The notes under the pieces: model-generated
Seen by the model: the letters and a program-made list of their open reading frames with translations, nothing else
The model's database searches: none
Told to the model about the DNA's origin: nothing
Position numbers and translations under genes: made by a program
In this document: positions 1 to 9,113 of the stretch, piece by piece
Layout: every line of letters starts with the position of its first letter
Position numbering within the stretch: position 1 is the stretch's first letter
IMG/VR virus record: IMGVR_UViG_3300045988_174992
Length of the DNA: 64,000 nucleotides
Direction: 5' to 3' (one strand)
Source: a virus

Positions 1-467
1 TCATTCTCAATCTGATGCATCCAATAACGGAAATAACCATTAGAAACAGATACAATGTAAGTATTGTCTTTCTTCTCACGTACTTCAAACATCAACTGGT
101 TATTATGAGTCATGAGATAGTTACGAATTGCATCAATGCAAGAATTGAAATTCTCCTTACAAATAAGCTCTTCCTTAACACCAGGAATAGTGAATGTCAA
201 AACATTCTTGTCAAACTCTTTAACTTCACCAAGATAAAGCTGACCAACTTCAATGTTGGTAACTGTATTCATTGCCTTGTCCTTCTTTGTATCTTCAGAC
301 AATTCAATACCATAAGTCTTTGCAAACGCTTTAGCAATAGACATTGTTGCAAATGCTCGTGAATTGAACTTAATTCGATCCTTGTCGTTTGTAAACATTG
401 AATTCAAAATGTCATTCTCATCTACTCTAGCACCAATGAGATTTTTTGTTTTTGTTTCTTTACTCAT
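1..467 (-). CDS. hypothetical protein, C-terminus cut by window edge (N-term MSKETKTKNLIGARVDENDILNSM...)
   Basis: Hand translation of the minus strand from ATG (465-467) is stop-free down to position 3. It is absent from the ORF track because it has no stop in the window. Preferred over the antisense + ORF 15..362. Confidence 0.6.
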   Translation of the reverse strand, partial: MSKETKTKNLIGARVDENDILNSMFTNDKDRIKFNSRAFATMSIAKAFAKTYGIELSEDTKKDKAMNTVTNIEVGQLYLGEVKEFDKNVLTFTIPGVKEELICKENFNSCIDAIRNYLMTHNNQLMFEVREKKDNTYIVSVSNGYFRYWMHQIEN

Positions 468-655
468 TAAAAAGATTTAAAATTTAAAGGGTTAATAAAT
501 AATTTAAGTACAGCATTAACTTTAGTTCTTGAATAGAACTGAAAGTGATATTCATTAATTACTTGTACATATTTAATATAGTATTTGATTATATGAAAGT
601 TCAGTAATATTATGTTAATGATTGTTAAATCAACTAAGACAAATTAAGAGACAAG

Positions 656-955
656 CTAATCTGTATTCTTCAACAAAGTTTCATCATCACCAGGTCGATA
701 TCCATTACCATATCTATCTTTACAAGTAATGCATTTACCAGTTTCATCCCATACCCATCCATCAACAGGTCCTTCTGAAAAGAATACTTTACCATGTAAT
801 TGGTTTGGAATTTCTTTATAATCTACTGAATCTATTTTTACTTCATACCCAGACTTTGTAATAACCGGTTTATCATTATTGATCCAGTCCATATCCAATT
901 TATCTGGATTAGACTGGATCATTTTTTCTTCTAATAATTTCGATAGTGTTTTCAT
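656..955 (-). CDS. hypothetical 99-aa protein with MKTLSKLLEE leader (CTS-like family)
   Basis: ORF track; ATG start; N-terminal 10-mer has L8 and E10, like four other proteins in the window. Confidence 0.6.
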   Translation of the reverse strand: MKTLSKLLEEKMIQSNPDKLDMDWINNDKPVITKSGYEVKIDSVDYKEIPNQLHGKVFFSEGPVDGWVWDETGKCITCKDRYGNGYRPGDDETLLKNTD

Positions 956-989
956 ATTTAAAAATTGGTTTAAACCAATTTAGACTACA

Positions 990-1748
990 TTATGAAATGG
1001 CTGCACGAAGACCTTCGATCTTATCACACTGAGCTTTCTTCTCTACCTTCTTACGATCCTTTTCATAACTATCCTGTCTCTCATATTCCTTACCCCATTT
1101 CTTATAGAAGAAATCATAAGCCTCAGGAATTTCATTCTTAAGCATATTAGTAGTAGTGATAGTAGAGAATGCACAAGAAATATCCTTCTTGAACTTCAAA
1201 TATTTCATTGCCTCAATAAAGTAATTCAAGAAAATTTCTTTGACTTCAGGATGATTAAGTGCATACTTTGATATTACATGTACACTATCACGACTATTGT
1301 CACTATTACAACCCTTGCTGATTTCAAGACCAATGAAGTCAAAATTAAATACATTGTATTTGCTAGTTCTATATCCAAAATAACTTGAACCAGAATACTT
1401 TACAAGATCAAGCTTGTTTAATAAATCATAAATATAGTTAGCAAACTCAACGGATTCTGGTGTATAATTCCTTTTCTTATTTTCAATTTTTGCTAAATAA
1501 CCTGGTTCTTTTGGATCATATTGTGAAGTATTTGCATCAACAAATCTTGCAATATCATAAATGTTTCGCTTCTTCAACTCAAAATAATCTGGATATTGCT
1601 TATATGCTTGCTTTACAATATCTGGCAAATTCTCAGCCATGAAATCAGAAATCTTCTTTTGAGCTTCTGCTTTCTTTTCCATCAAATGATTTTTCTCAAT
1701 ATATGTATTACACAAGAAAGTTCCGATTTCATCATACTGATACTTCAA
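990..1748 (-). CDS. hypothetical protein, paralog of 62649..63320
   Basis: ORF track (TTG start at 1746-1748). Shares ...SC(A/T)(F/L)S(T/S)ITT.N.LK.E.PEAY... and (Q/M)CD.IE.LRA with the 223-aa protein at the other end of the window. Confidence 0.65.
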   Translation of the reverse strand: MKYQYDEIGTFLCNTYIEKNHLMEKKAEAQKKISDFMAENLPDIVKQAYKQYPDYFELKKRNIYDIARFVDANTSQYDPKEPGYLAKIENKKRNYTPESVEFANYIYDLLNKLDLVKYSGSSYFGYRTSKYNVFNFDFIGLEISKGCNSDNSRDSVHVISKYALNHPEVKEIFLNYFIEAMKYLKFKKDISCAFSTITTTNMLKNEIPEAYDFFYKKWGKEYERQDSYEKDRKKVEKKAQCDKIEGLRAAIS

Positions 1749-1773
1749 AATAGTTCTACTTTCATAATTTATA

Positions 1774-2268
1774 TTAATTTTTAATGTTTGACTTTACAAT
1801 TCTAGCGATATCTGACTTACGTGCATTTGGGTGTCCAGCAACAACATGATTAATTACTGCCTTCATATCCTTTTGAGAAATTTCTCCATACTTAATTACC
1901 CAATCTGCTACACCTTCATTGATTTCATCATCTGATGCTGGTTTTGGAAGAAGCTCATTCACAATATTGAGCTGATTCTGTGATTCAGAAGCATTAGCAA
2001 TAGACTTTAGCGTGTTGATATTCAAATAAATTTCAACATCCTTCTTAAGCTCTTTCTGTACAGTTTCAAGCAACTTCTTCTCTGTTGCTAAATCATATAC
2101 AGGACGTGGCTGACCTTCTTTTACTTCTTGTGTCTTAAATTCCATGATTCGAGACATAATCTGACGAAATGTCATCAAAGCAAACTTGTCACCCTTTAGC
2201 ATTGCTTCCTTTACCATAGATGGAAAATCCAAGAAACCATCTTCTGTCTTCTTAATTTCTACAATCAT
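1774..2268 (-). CDS. YqeY / GatB C-terminal-like domain protein
   Basis: MVKEAMLKGDKFALMTFRQI..., VQKELKKDVE..., and ELLPKPASDDEINEGVADWVIKYGEISQKDMKAVINHV...ARKSDIARIVKSNI follow the remembered YqeY pattern (DMK.AMK..., LP..LSEEEL...G....DMGKVM...G.ADG..I..LV). Confidence 0.6.
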   Translation of the reverse strand: MIVEIKKTEDGFLDFPSMVKEAMLKGDKFALMTFRQIMSRIMEFKTQEVKEGQPRPVYDLATEKKLLETVQKELKKDVEIYLNINTLKSIANASESQNQLNIVNELLPKPASDDEINEGVADWVIKYGEISQKDMKAVINHVVAGHPNARKSDIARIVKSNIKN

Positions 2269-2279
2269 TTTAATAAATT

Positions 2280-3032
2280 TTAAACTTTTAAAAACTTCTT
2301 TAAATATTCTTTAGTTGACGGAACAAACTTACTAGTATCACCAATTGCCCATGCAATATAACCTTGGTCAAAACCAGCTACAAATTCTACTCCTAATCCT
2401 CTATACTTTCCTAATGTGAAGCAAGGTACAACTTTACCATTGAATTCTTGCATAGCTACTACATTATCAATAGTAAGAATTTCTTCTGGTTCATAAGGAT
2501 GTGCTTCTTGCTGCTTTACAAAGATAGCGGCAGTTGCTTTTACATCAGACAAAGCATCATGGGCATTCAAACCACATTCATCCATTGTCTTACCATAATA
2601 TCGTTTGAACGTATCTGACAATCTATTTCCATTGATACGCTTTTCTTCATAGAAGCAATCATAATTGTCACAAGTACGTACATCAAACAATATTCCACAT
2701 CTAGAAAATTCTTCTGTCAATATGGCATTATCAAATGAACATCCATTATATGTTACAATATCACATCCAGTAAAGAAATCAAAAATCTCACTTGCAACTT
2801 CTCTAAAATGAGGTTTGTCTTTTAAAAACTCTGCATTGATATGATGAACCATATAAGCACCAATAGGAATAGAATAACTACCTTCTGGTTGAATATAATA
2901 ATTCTTACTATCAATGATTTTCTTTATGTTCCAATCATACTTTACTAATGCAATCTGAATAATCTGATCTTTTGATTTGTCAAGACCTGTTGACTCAACA
3001 TCATAAATTACTAATGGTCTATCTCCTAGCAT
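2280..3032 (-). CDS. DEDDh 3'-5' exonuclease (DnaQ/epsilon-like)
   Basis: ExoI VIYDVESTGLD, ExoII YNGCSFDNAIL, ExoIII HDALSDVKAT. Confidence 0.85.
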   Translation of the reverse strand: MLGDRPLVIYDVESTGLDKSKDQIIQIALVKYDWNIKKIIDSKNYYIQPEGSYSIPIGAYMVHHINAEFLKDKPHFREVASEIFDFFTGCDIVTYNGCSFDNAILTEEFSRCGILFDVRTCDNYDCFYEEKRINGNRLSDTFKRYYGKTMDECGLNAHDALSDVKATAAIFVKQQEAHPYEPEEILTIDNVVAMQEFNGKVVPCFTLGKYRGLGVEFVAGFDQGYIAWAIGDTSKFVPSTKEYLKKFLKV

Positions 3033-3069
3033 ATTACTCTTTATTTTATTTGTTAATTAATACAAATAT

Positions 3070-3098
3070 AATATAGAACATTCGTAAATTATTTCAAA
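3070..3098 (-). promoter_or_regulatory. minus-strand promoter motif copy A (TTTGAAAT-N11-GTTCTATATT on minus strand)
   Basis: Plus strand reads AATATAGAAC-attcgtaaatt-ATTTCAAA. It lies 38 nt upstream of the exonuclease ATG. Confidence 0.65.
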
Positions 3099-3122
3099 TA
3101 TTTATTCTAATCTCTTAATATG

Positions 3123-3575
3123 TTAATTATACTTATTTAGTTTCATAAACAAGTGAAAAATATCAAAATCATTGTTCATTCTAATTATGTCTAATGGCTT
3201 CTTGAAATACTTATCAATTTTGTTATTGATAGCATTAATCAACTTGTTGTAAGTATGTAGTGCTTTTTTCTTATTCCTCATTAAGGCAATATGATATCCT
3301 GTATCTTCATTATATGTATCTTTATCTGATACCTTAGAAGAAGCTGTAGTGGTAAATGTAAATGAATCATAATGGTCATTACCAATATAATCAAGAGTTG
3401 GATCAATACTGATGAAATCTTCATTAGTAAATGCATAAGAAATAAAATCTAACAAAAATCTCATTTGAGGAAGTCTGCTAAAATCAATTGTCCATTTGAC
3501 ATCAACTTTAGTTATACCATTCTCTGGATCACTAACGGTTTTAATAATCTTACTTTTAATAAATCTTTTATGCAT
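3123..3575 (-). CDS. hypothetical protein (150 aa; start moved to MHKRFIKS)
   Basis: The track ORF 3123..3611 would overlap promoter copy B. The internal ATG at 3573-3575 sits about 25 nt downstream of that motif. Confidence 0.55.
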   Translation of the reverse strand: MHKRFIKSKIIKTVSDPENGITKVDVKWTIDFSRLPQMRFLLDFISYAFTNEDFISIDPTLDYIGNDHYDSFTFTTTASSKVSDKDTYNEDTGYHIALMRNKKKALHTYNKLINAINNKIDKYFKKPLDIIRMNNDFDIFHLFMKLNKYN

Positions 3576-3599
3576 ATTTAGTATTTTTTGTTCATATAT

Positions 3600-3628
3600 A
3601 AGATAGAACAATATTTAGAAATTTCAAT
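3600..3628 (-). promoter_or_regulatory. minus-strand promoter motif copy B
   Basis: Plus strand reads AAGATAGAAC-aatatttagaa-ATTTCAAT. Confidence 0.55.
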
Positions 3629-3682
3629 TTTTAATTTGAATAAATTCAAAAGCCTAAATTGCCTATAAGCAATTTTTATATA
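3627..3682 (+). promoter_or_regulatory. conserved bipartite palindromic element upstream of the plus-strand structural operon (copy 1)
   Basis: ATTTTTAATTTGAATAAATTCAAAAGCCTAAATTGCCTATAAGCAATTTTTATATA is near-identical to 36261..36313. It contains a TAATTTG (TAnnTTTG-like) box and two inverted repeats. Confidence 0.55.
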
Positions 3683-3707
3683 ACAGAAGTTGTATTTTTT
3701 AATTCAA

Positions 3708-5600
3708 ATGAAAAGAAAAACTAATCTATTTTATAAATCAGCAAGTCAAGATTCTAGTTTCTTAACTTTCTCTAACTATACAGAATCTTTGACAGCTAAT
3801 TTGATGTCTACTGATAACAAGATATATCCTTCTACTTTCTTATGTATCAGTATGCCAAAGCTTAATTCAAGGGATTTTGCAGTAGAATCTTACAATGAGT
3901 GGGAAGAAACTATATTAGATACAAAGAATGTATCTTATACACTTAAGACAAATGTATTTGAAAATTTTGTAATCGAAGATAGTACAAACATAAATAAGAT
4001 ATATGTTGATGATCTTGGAACTGAATATAAAGCTGGTACATTACTTAAAGAAAGTCAAGTTGAATTCTTAATGTCTACAACTATTTCTAAGACAATATTG
4101 ATAACATATAGAAATAATACTAAGCATACTAAGCTTTCTGAAAAGTCAAACAATATAAATTCTCCTTATTCTATTACTATAGAAAAAGTTTTGCTTGACT
4201 ATAAAGATGATCCAACATTTATCAACAAAAAAGATGAATTGAGTACATTCATTTGGAATAAGCAACAATTGATAAACAAGTTAGTAACTTACTATGAGAA
4301 TAAGCTAGCTTCTTTGAGAGATTTTTGTGTAGATAAAGACATGAATCAAGAATCTGTATTGCTTCCATTGAATTACTTATTAGAAACTTTACTGTCATTT
4401 GATCCATCTATTAAGATAAACTATGTAGGTGATATTACAGAGCAAGATTGGAATGGAACATTTTCTGACACTATTTGTGTAGTTGATACCAGATCATTCA
4501 AATCTGGTACTATAGTAAGTGACAATAACTATGCAATGTCTTTAGCACCAGTTGATGGTGATGATACTAAAGAAAATCCATTGAACAATTATGATAGTGA
4601 AAGATATTTGCATGGTTGGTTCACAACAAAATCTGAATATATAGAAGAATTAGATTTTGATAAAGATGAAAAGAATACAGTTTCTATAAATCCTGTTGCT
4701 ACTAACAATCTATATACTAATCTATATAGTAAGCTCAGTACAGAAGAACAGATAAAATTCAAAAGAACTCACAATATATCTACTAGTGATACCGATGATT
4801 ATAATACTTATATCATGATGGTACCAGAAGCAGATAAACAAATTCCAGAATACGTAAAGACTTTAGAAGATATAATAGAAGCATCTGAAATAAAAGAAGA
4901 ATATATAGGTCCACATTATGTAGAAGATTTGAAACCAGAATATGACAATTATGAAAATGGAACACATTATTATGAATTGACTTCACCTTTAAAAGAAATA
5001 TCTTTTACAACTCATAATGATGTAAAAGAATGGACCGAAGTATCATTCAACTTACTTATCCCATTGTTTGACTTAGTAGATATGAACTACAATACAAATT
5101 CTACTAATGTTGAATCTTCAGATCATTTGAATTTAACTAATGAAGATGAAGACAAAGAAATGTGTGTTAAGAATATGCCATTAGGCATTTGGTTCTCTGG
5201 TCCACAATTTGTAACATTAAAGTCTGATTTGTCAACTGGATTTTCTCCATCTTGGTCTTTATCATTATCTAGTCAGTTTAAGCCATTTCCTACTTCTGAC
5301 TACATGCCTAGTGAGATAACAAATGATGCTAAGAAAGAAGCTTATTGTACATTTGCACAGATACTTTCTAGACAAAATGAAGTATTGGATAAGTTTGTTG
5401 ATATGTCAAAGATAATGAATAAGCTAAGTGAAAGAGTAACTTCATTGGAATCAGCTGTTGGTTCTGTTTTGACAGCTTACAATCTTGATACATTCAGAAC
5501 TGATATAATGGATTTCAAAAACCAAATAACATATCAAGTATCTTATCTTGAAGCCTCTATTGAAGGTCTGCAGCTTCAGTGGATTCAACGTGAAGGTTAA
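3708..5600 (+). CDS. virion structural protein, function unknown (630 aa, C-terminal coiled coil)
   Basis: The track ORF starts at TTG 3690; the first ATG is 3708 (MKRKTNLFYKS). It is the first gene of a co-directional block that ends in fibre genes. Confidence 0.65.
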   Translation: MKRKTNLFYKSASQDSSFLTFSNYTESLTANLMSTDNKIYPSTFLCISMPKLNSRDFAVESYNEWEETILDTKNVSYTLKTNVFENFVIEDSTNINKIYVDDLGTEYKAGTLLKESQVEFLMSTTISKTILITYRNNTKHTKLSEKSNNINSPYSITIEKVLLDYKDDPTFINKKDELSTFIWNKQQLINKLVTYYENKLASLRDFCVDKDMNQESVLLPLNYLLETLLSFDPSIKINYVGDITEQDWNGTFSDTICVVDTRSFKSGTIVSDNNYAMSLAPVDGDDTKENPLNNYDSERYLHGWFTTKSEYIEELDFDKDEKNTVSINPVATNNLYTNLYSKLSTEEQIKFKRTHNISTSDTDDYNTYIMMVPEADKQIPEYVKTLEDIIEASEIKEEYIGPHYVEDLKPEYDNYENGTHYYELTSPLKEISFTTHNDVKEWTEVSFNLLIPLFDLVDMNYNTNSTNVESSDHLNLTNEDEDKEMCVKNMPLGIWFSGPQFVTLKSDLSTGFSPSWSLSLSSQFKPFPTSDYMPSEITNDAKKEAYCTFAQILSRQNEVLDKFVDMSKIMNKLSERVTSLESAVGSVLTAYNLDTFRTDIMDFKNQITYQVSYLEASIEGLQLQWIQREG

Positions 5601-5652
5601 GCAGATAAAAGTATTTTTAAGTATAAGGATATATTAAAGAAGAAATCAACTG

Positions 5653-8600
5653 ATGATAACTAACAATTCTATAAAAGAGTACTATACAAAACTCCATGGC
5701 ATGTACATTCAATGCTATGATATGATAAAAGCAATGACCCAGAGTTTGTCTACTAGAGATAGTCAAATATCTTTAGTAGTCACAAACCCTCAGGGTGAAA
5801 GGGAAACTTTAAGAATACCATCATTCTTATATCTTGACAATAAGATAGAGCAGTTGGATTCTTCATTATCTTCATTAATAGAACTTCCAAATTCTGGTGA
5901 AGCTTGGTTGGAGTCAACAAATGACTTGTATAAGATAAAGATGGTTAAGAATGGAATTTCTCCTTCAACACCTAAATTAGAATCTGCAAATCCTATTGCG
6001 CTATTCAAAGATAACAATTTCTTAAAAGACTTAGTTTCTCCTAAGACTTATTTGAAAGTAAATATTCCAAACATGTCAGATATCATATCTTCAATGATGA
6101 TGAAAAAGATAGTTATATATGATTATGATATGTATAATGCTTTATCTGGATACTCTTCTTATGAAGATATAAAGACTGCTTTATATGGATATGTAAAAGG
6201 AAATGATTATGAAGAATATGATAGTGAACTTGATATTCCTATTAAGCAAGAAAGATATAGAAGTGCATTCAGAATAGAATCTATTCCGACAAAAGAAGAA
6301 TTAGGAAATAATAATCCACATGCTGTTTCTGTTGGTTCAAAACTTTCTTATGTTTTAAACTTAGATACATTTGAATATTTCAATTCAGAAGATTCAACTA
6401 TTTCTTATCAGTTGAAAGCAGGTGATTTCTTATGCATGAAAGGACAATCTACTACATGGAAAGTAAAGAATGTAGATTATTCAAATATGCAGATAGAGAT
6501 AGAAGAAACTTCTGGGCATACTGCATTACAAACCACAGAAGAAAATGCTGATATGGTTTTCTCTATATACAACAACAATTATTCAGACTATCATTATGTT
6601 GAAGTACCATTAGAGGAAAACCAATATATCATAGTATTCTTATCAGCAATATCAAACAATACTAGATCTTCTTGGTCTACTCCATTGTTTTGTGATCTCA
6701 ATTCTATATATGTGAAAGATGCTGGTGGTAATTTTGTACAAGATGAATACGGCAACAACCTTTCTTATCTGAAATATTATAAGAAATATTGTACAAATAT
6801 TGGTGATTTGATTCTTGGTATAACAAATACTGCTTATCCCCAAATAAGCAACTTTACTATGTCACAATTGGAATCATTACAGGATTCTGATGATATGCAA
6901 ATAGCTGTATCTAATACATTTGATACAGAAAACATATTGCAAGTTGTACCAATCAATAAGCATTTAGTAGATGATACAAGTAATGAAGAGATAAAGAGCT
7001 TACATGCTTCTAAGAATGATTTCCAACAACAAATATCTGCTAAGCAATCTGAAATTAATGAAGTGACAAATAAGCTCATGACTACTGATTTCTCTAAAGA
7101 GATAACAGTAACTCAGAACTCTCTTAAAACCCAGCTTAATTCTCTATATACAGAAAAGACACATCTACAGTCACAGTTGAATTCTATAGTAGATGAAATA
7201 AACATAAAATCTACTGATTTAGATGTTACTGGAAATGAAGTAAAATATAGAGTAAGAGGAGTAACAGATGTAAAGTATCTTTCTCAACTTATTTCTTCAA
7301 TAGGTAATGGAATAGATGTAGAGATAATTGGATGTGATGTTGAGTATAAATACAAATCAACAAATAAAGAAAACAACCAACTCATATCTATAGATTCTTC
7401 TACTTTTACTGATTGGAATAGATTAAATAATATAGATAGACAAAGAAAGCTGGTATTTGACAATTCTGTTGGAGTTGAATTTGTTGATTATTCTACAACA
7501 GATAACATTATCAAGTGGAATCAAATTGATATCCCAATACAGCAAGGTGAAGATGTAATCATAAGATTGAGATATAAACTCAATATTGGACAACCATTTA
7601 TTTCTATCTATACCCCTTGGAGTGATGAAAAGACTGTAGTATTCCCATCACAGTATAAGTCTAATATAGATTTGACAACTATACTTACAGAAAATGATAA
7701 AGATACTGTTACTTCATCGTTCTCAAAAACTTTGATAGATGATGGATATACAGAGCATATACAAGATAAAGTAATAAGTTCAGATCAAACTTTCTTCCAT
7801 ACACCAGAAAACATATATTCTGGTTTCAACACAGCAGAAAATAAGATGATATCATTGAAGGATAAACTTAATGATATGAATAATAATGTTGAAAAATGGA
7901 AGACTTTGATAGATAATGAGTCAAATAGTAAATTTGAAGTATACTTGACTTATGATGATTATTCTATATTATTGTCACCTAATACAAAAAATTCAGTAAA
8001 TATATATAACATCAACCATATTTCTGATATATTCATTAAGAAAAATATGAATATAGTAATAAAGAATACTGGTGATGTTAGACTTAATCTCTATAGTATA
8101 TTCCCTGGCAATACAAATACCCCATTGATAAATTGTAATGTTGATTCTTATAATTCTAACTTAGCTAACTTTGAAAGAGTTCCAATGTTAGTAAACAATA
8201 AGATATCTGCACAGTATCTTGGCCAATGGATTTACTTTAGAGAGAATTCTGCTTGGAATGGATCTTCTATATATTTCTCAACCACTGAACAGAATGGTAA
8301 AGATGAAACAAATGTTTCAAATGGTAATAGATTGGAGTATCAAATAACTCCTTCTAACTATATTGGAATAAAAAACAGACAAGTATTGTTAGGATATCGA
8401 CCAAGACAAGGTTCATTACATTATTCTACAATAAGTACAAGTAGTGTAAAATGGAAAGGACTTGTTTTTGATAATATCAATTCTAAAGATGGGGTAGATT
8501 ATACAAAATTATTAGAATATACATCAAAATTAAATGAAATTTCTACTACAGAAAACAAGACTACGGATTCTATCTATGTAGATATAATAAAGTCTAATTC

Positions 8601-9090
8601 TTCTTGGTATAATTACGGGTTATCCAATGACAACAACTGGTTAATGCGATATGAAGATATAGTAAAAGTTTCTTCAAATAATGAAAATGCTAATTATGAA
8701 TATCTTACAAATAATACTACATTCAGATCATTTATAAGTAGTGGTGGAAGCATAAAGAATTTCTCATCACAAAACAGTTTTGTCGGTGGATTTGTTTACC
8801 CATCTTTGCTTTCATTAGATACTATACTTACTAGTGGAGAAGACAAAGCTTCTAAATATATTGAAGTTGGAGAAAGCTTGTCAATCCCAATAGAATTTGA
8901 ATATTATACTAATTCAAATAGTAATTCTATAGTGAAATCATTGTATTTTGATTTGAGAAATTCCTTAATAAGAGACCCTTATCATTATATGATTGAATTC
9001 ACAGGAAACTATGATATGTCATCAGAAAATATAGATACATCTTCTAATTCATATAATGCATTTACTGATGAAGTAATATCAATGAAGTAA
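5653..9090 (+). CDS. large virion/baseplate-module protein (1145 aa), function unknown
   Basis: Long uninterrupted ORF with a central coiled-coil segment (SLHASKNDFQQQISAKQSEINEVTNKL...). Tightly packed in the structural block. Confidence 0.65.
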   Translation: MITNNSIKEYYTKLHGMYIQCYDMIKAMTQSLSTRDSQISLVVTNPQGERETLRIPSFLYLDNKIEQLDSSLSSLIELPNSGEAWLESTNDLYKIKMVKNGISPSTPKLESANPIALFKDNNFLKDLVSPKTYLKVNIPNMSDIISSMMMKKIVIYDYDMYNALSGYSSYEDIKTALYGYVKGNDYEEYDSELDIPIKQERYRSAFRIESIPTKEELGNNNPHAVSVGSKLSYVLNLDTFEYFNSEDSTISYQLKAGDFLCMKGQSTTWKVKNVDYSNMQIEIEETSGHTALQTTEENADMVFSIYNNNYSDYHYVEVPLEENQYIIVFLSAISNNTRSSWSTPLFCDLNSIYVKDAGGNFVQDEYGNNLSYLKYYKKYCTNIGDLILGITNTAYPQISNFTMSQLESLQDSDDMQIAVSNTFDTENILQVVPINKHLVDDTSNEEIKSLHASKNDFQQQISAKQSEINEVTNKLMTTDFSKEITVTQNSLKTQLNSLYTEKTHLQSQLNSIVDEINIKSTDLDVTGNEVKYRVRGVTDVKYLSQLISSIGNGIDVEIIGCDVEYKYKSTNKENNQLISIDSSTFTDWNRLNNIDRQRKLVFDNSVGVEFVDYSTTDNIIKWNQIDIPIQQGEDVIIRLRYKLNIGQPFISIYTPWSDEKTVVFPSQYKSNIDLTTILTENDKDTVTSSFSKTLIDDGYTEHIQDKVISSDQTFFHTPENIYSGFNTAENKMISLKDKLNDMNNNVEKWKTLIDNESNSKFEVYLTYDDYSILLSPNTKNSVNIYNINHISDIFIKKNMNIVIKNTGDVRLNLYSIFPGNTNTPLINCNVDSYNSNLANFERVPMLVNNKISAQYLGQWIYFRENSAWNGSSIYFSTTEQNGKDETNVSNGNRLEYQITPSNYIGIKNRQVLLGYRPRQGSLHYSTISTSSVKWKGLVFDNINSKDGVDYTKLLEYTSKLNEISTTENKTTDSIYVDIIKSNSSWYNYGLSNDNNWLMRYEDIVKVSSNNENANYEYLTNNTTFRSFISSGGSIKNFSSQNSFVGGFVYPSLLSLDTILTSGEDKASKYIEVGESLSIPIEFEYYTNSNSNSIVKSLYFDLRNSLIRDPYHYMIEFTGNYDMSSENIDTSSNSYNAFTDEVISMK

Positions 9091-9113
9091 AATATAAGTA
9101 AATAATTGAATAA

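Noticed and set aside
15-362. Plus-strand ORF of 115 aa at the window start
   Set aside because: It lies entirely antisense to a longer stop-free minus-strand reading frame (1..467). That frame has a sensible ATG, ordinary protein-like composition and the same orientation as its neighbours. The plus-strand ORF is Cys/Phe/Ile-rich and looks like antisense noise.
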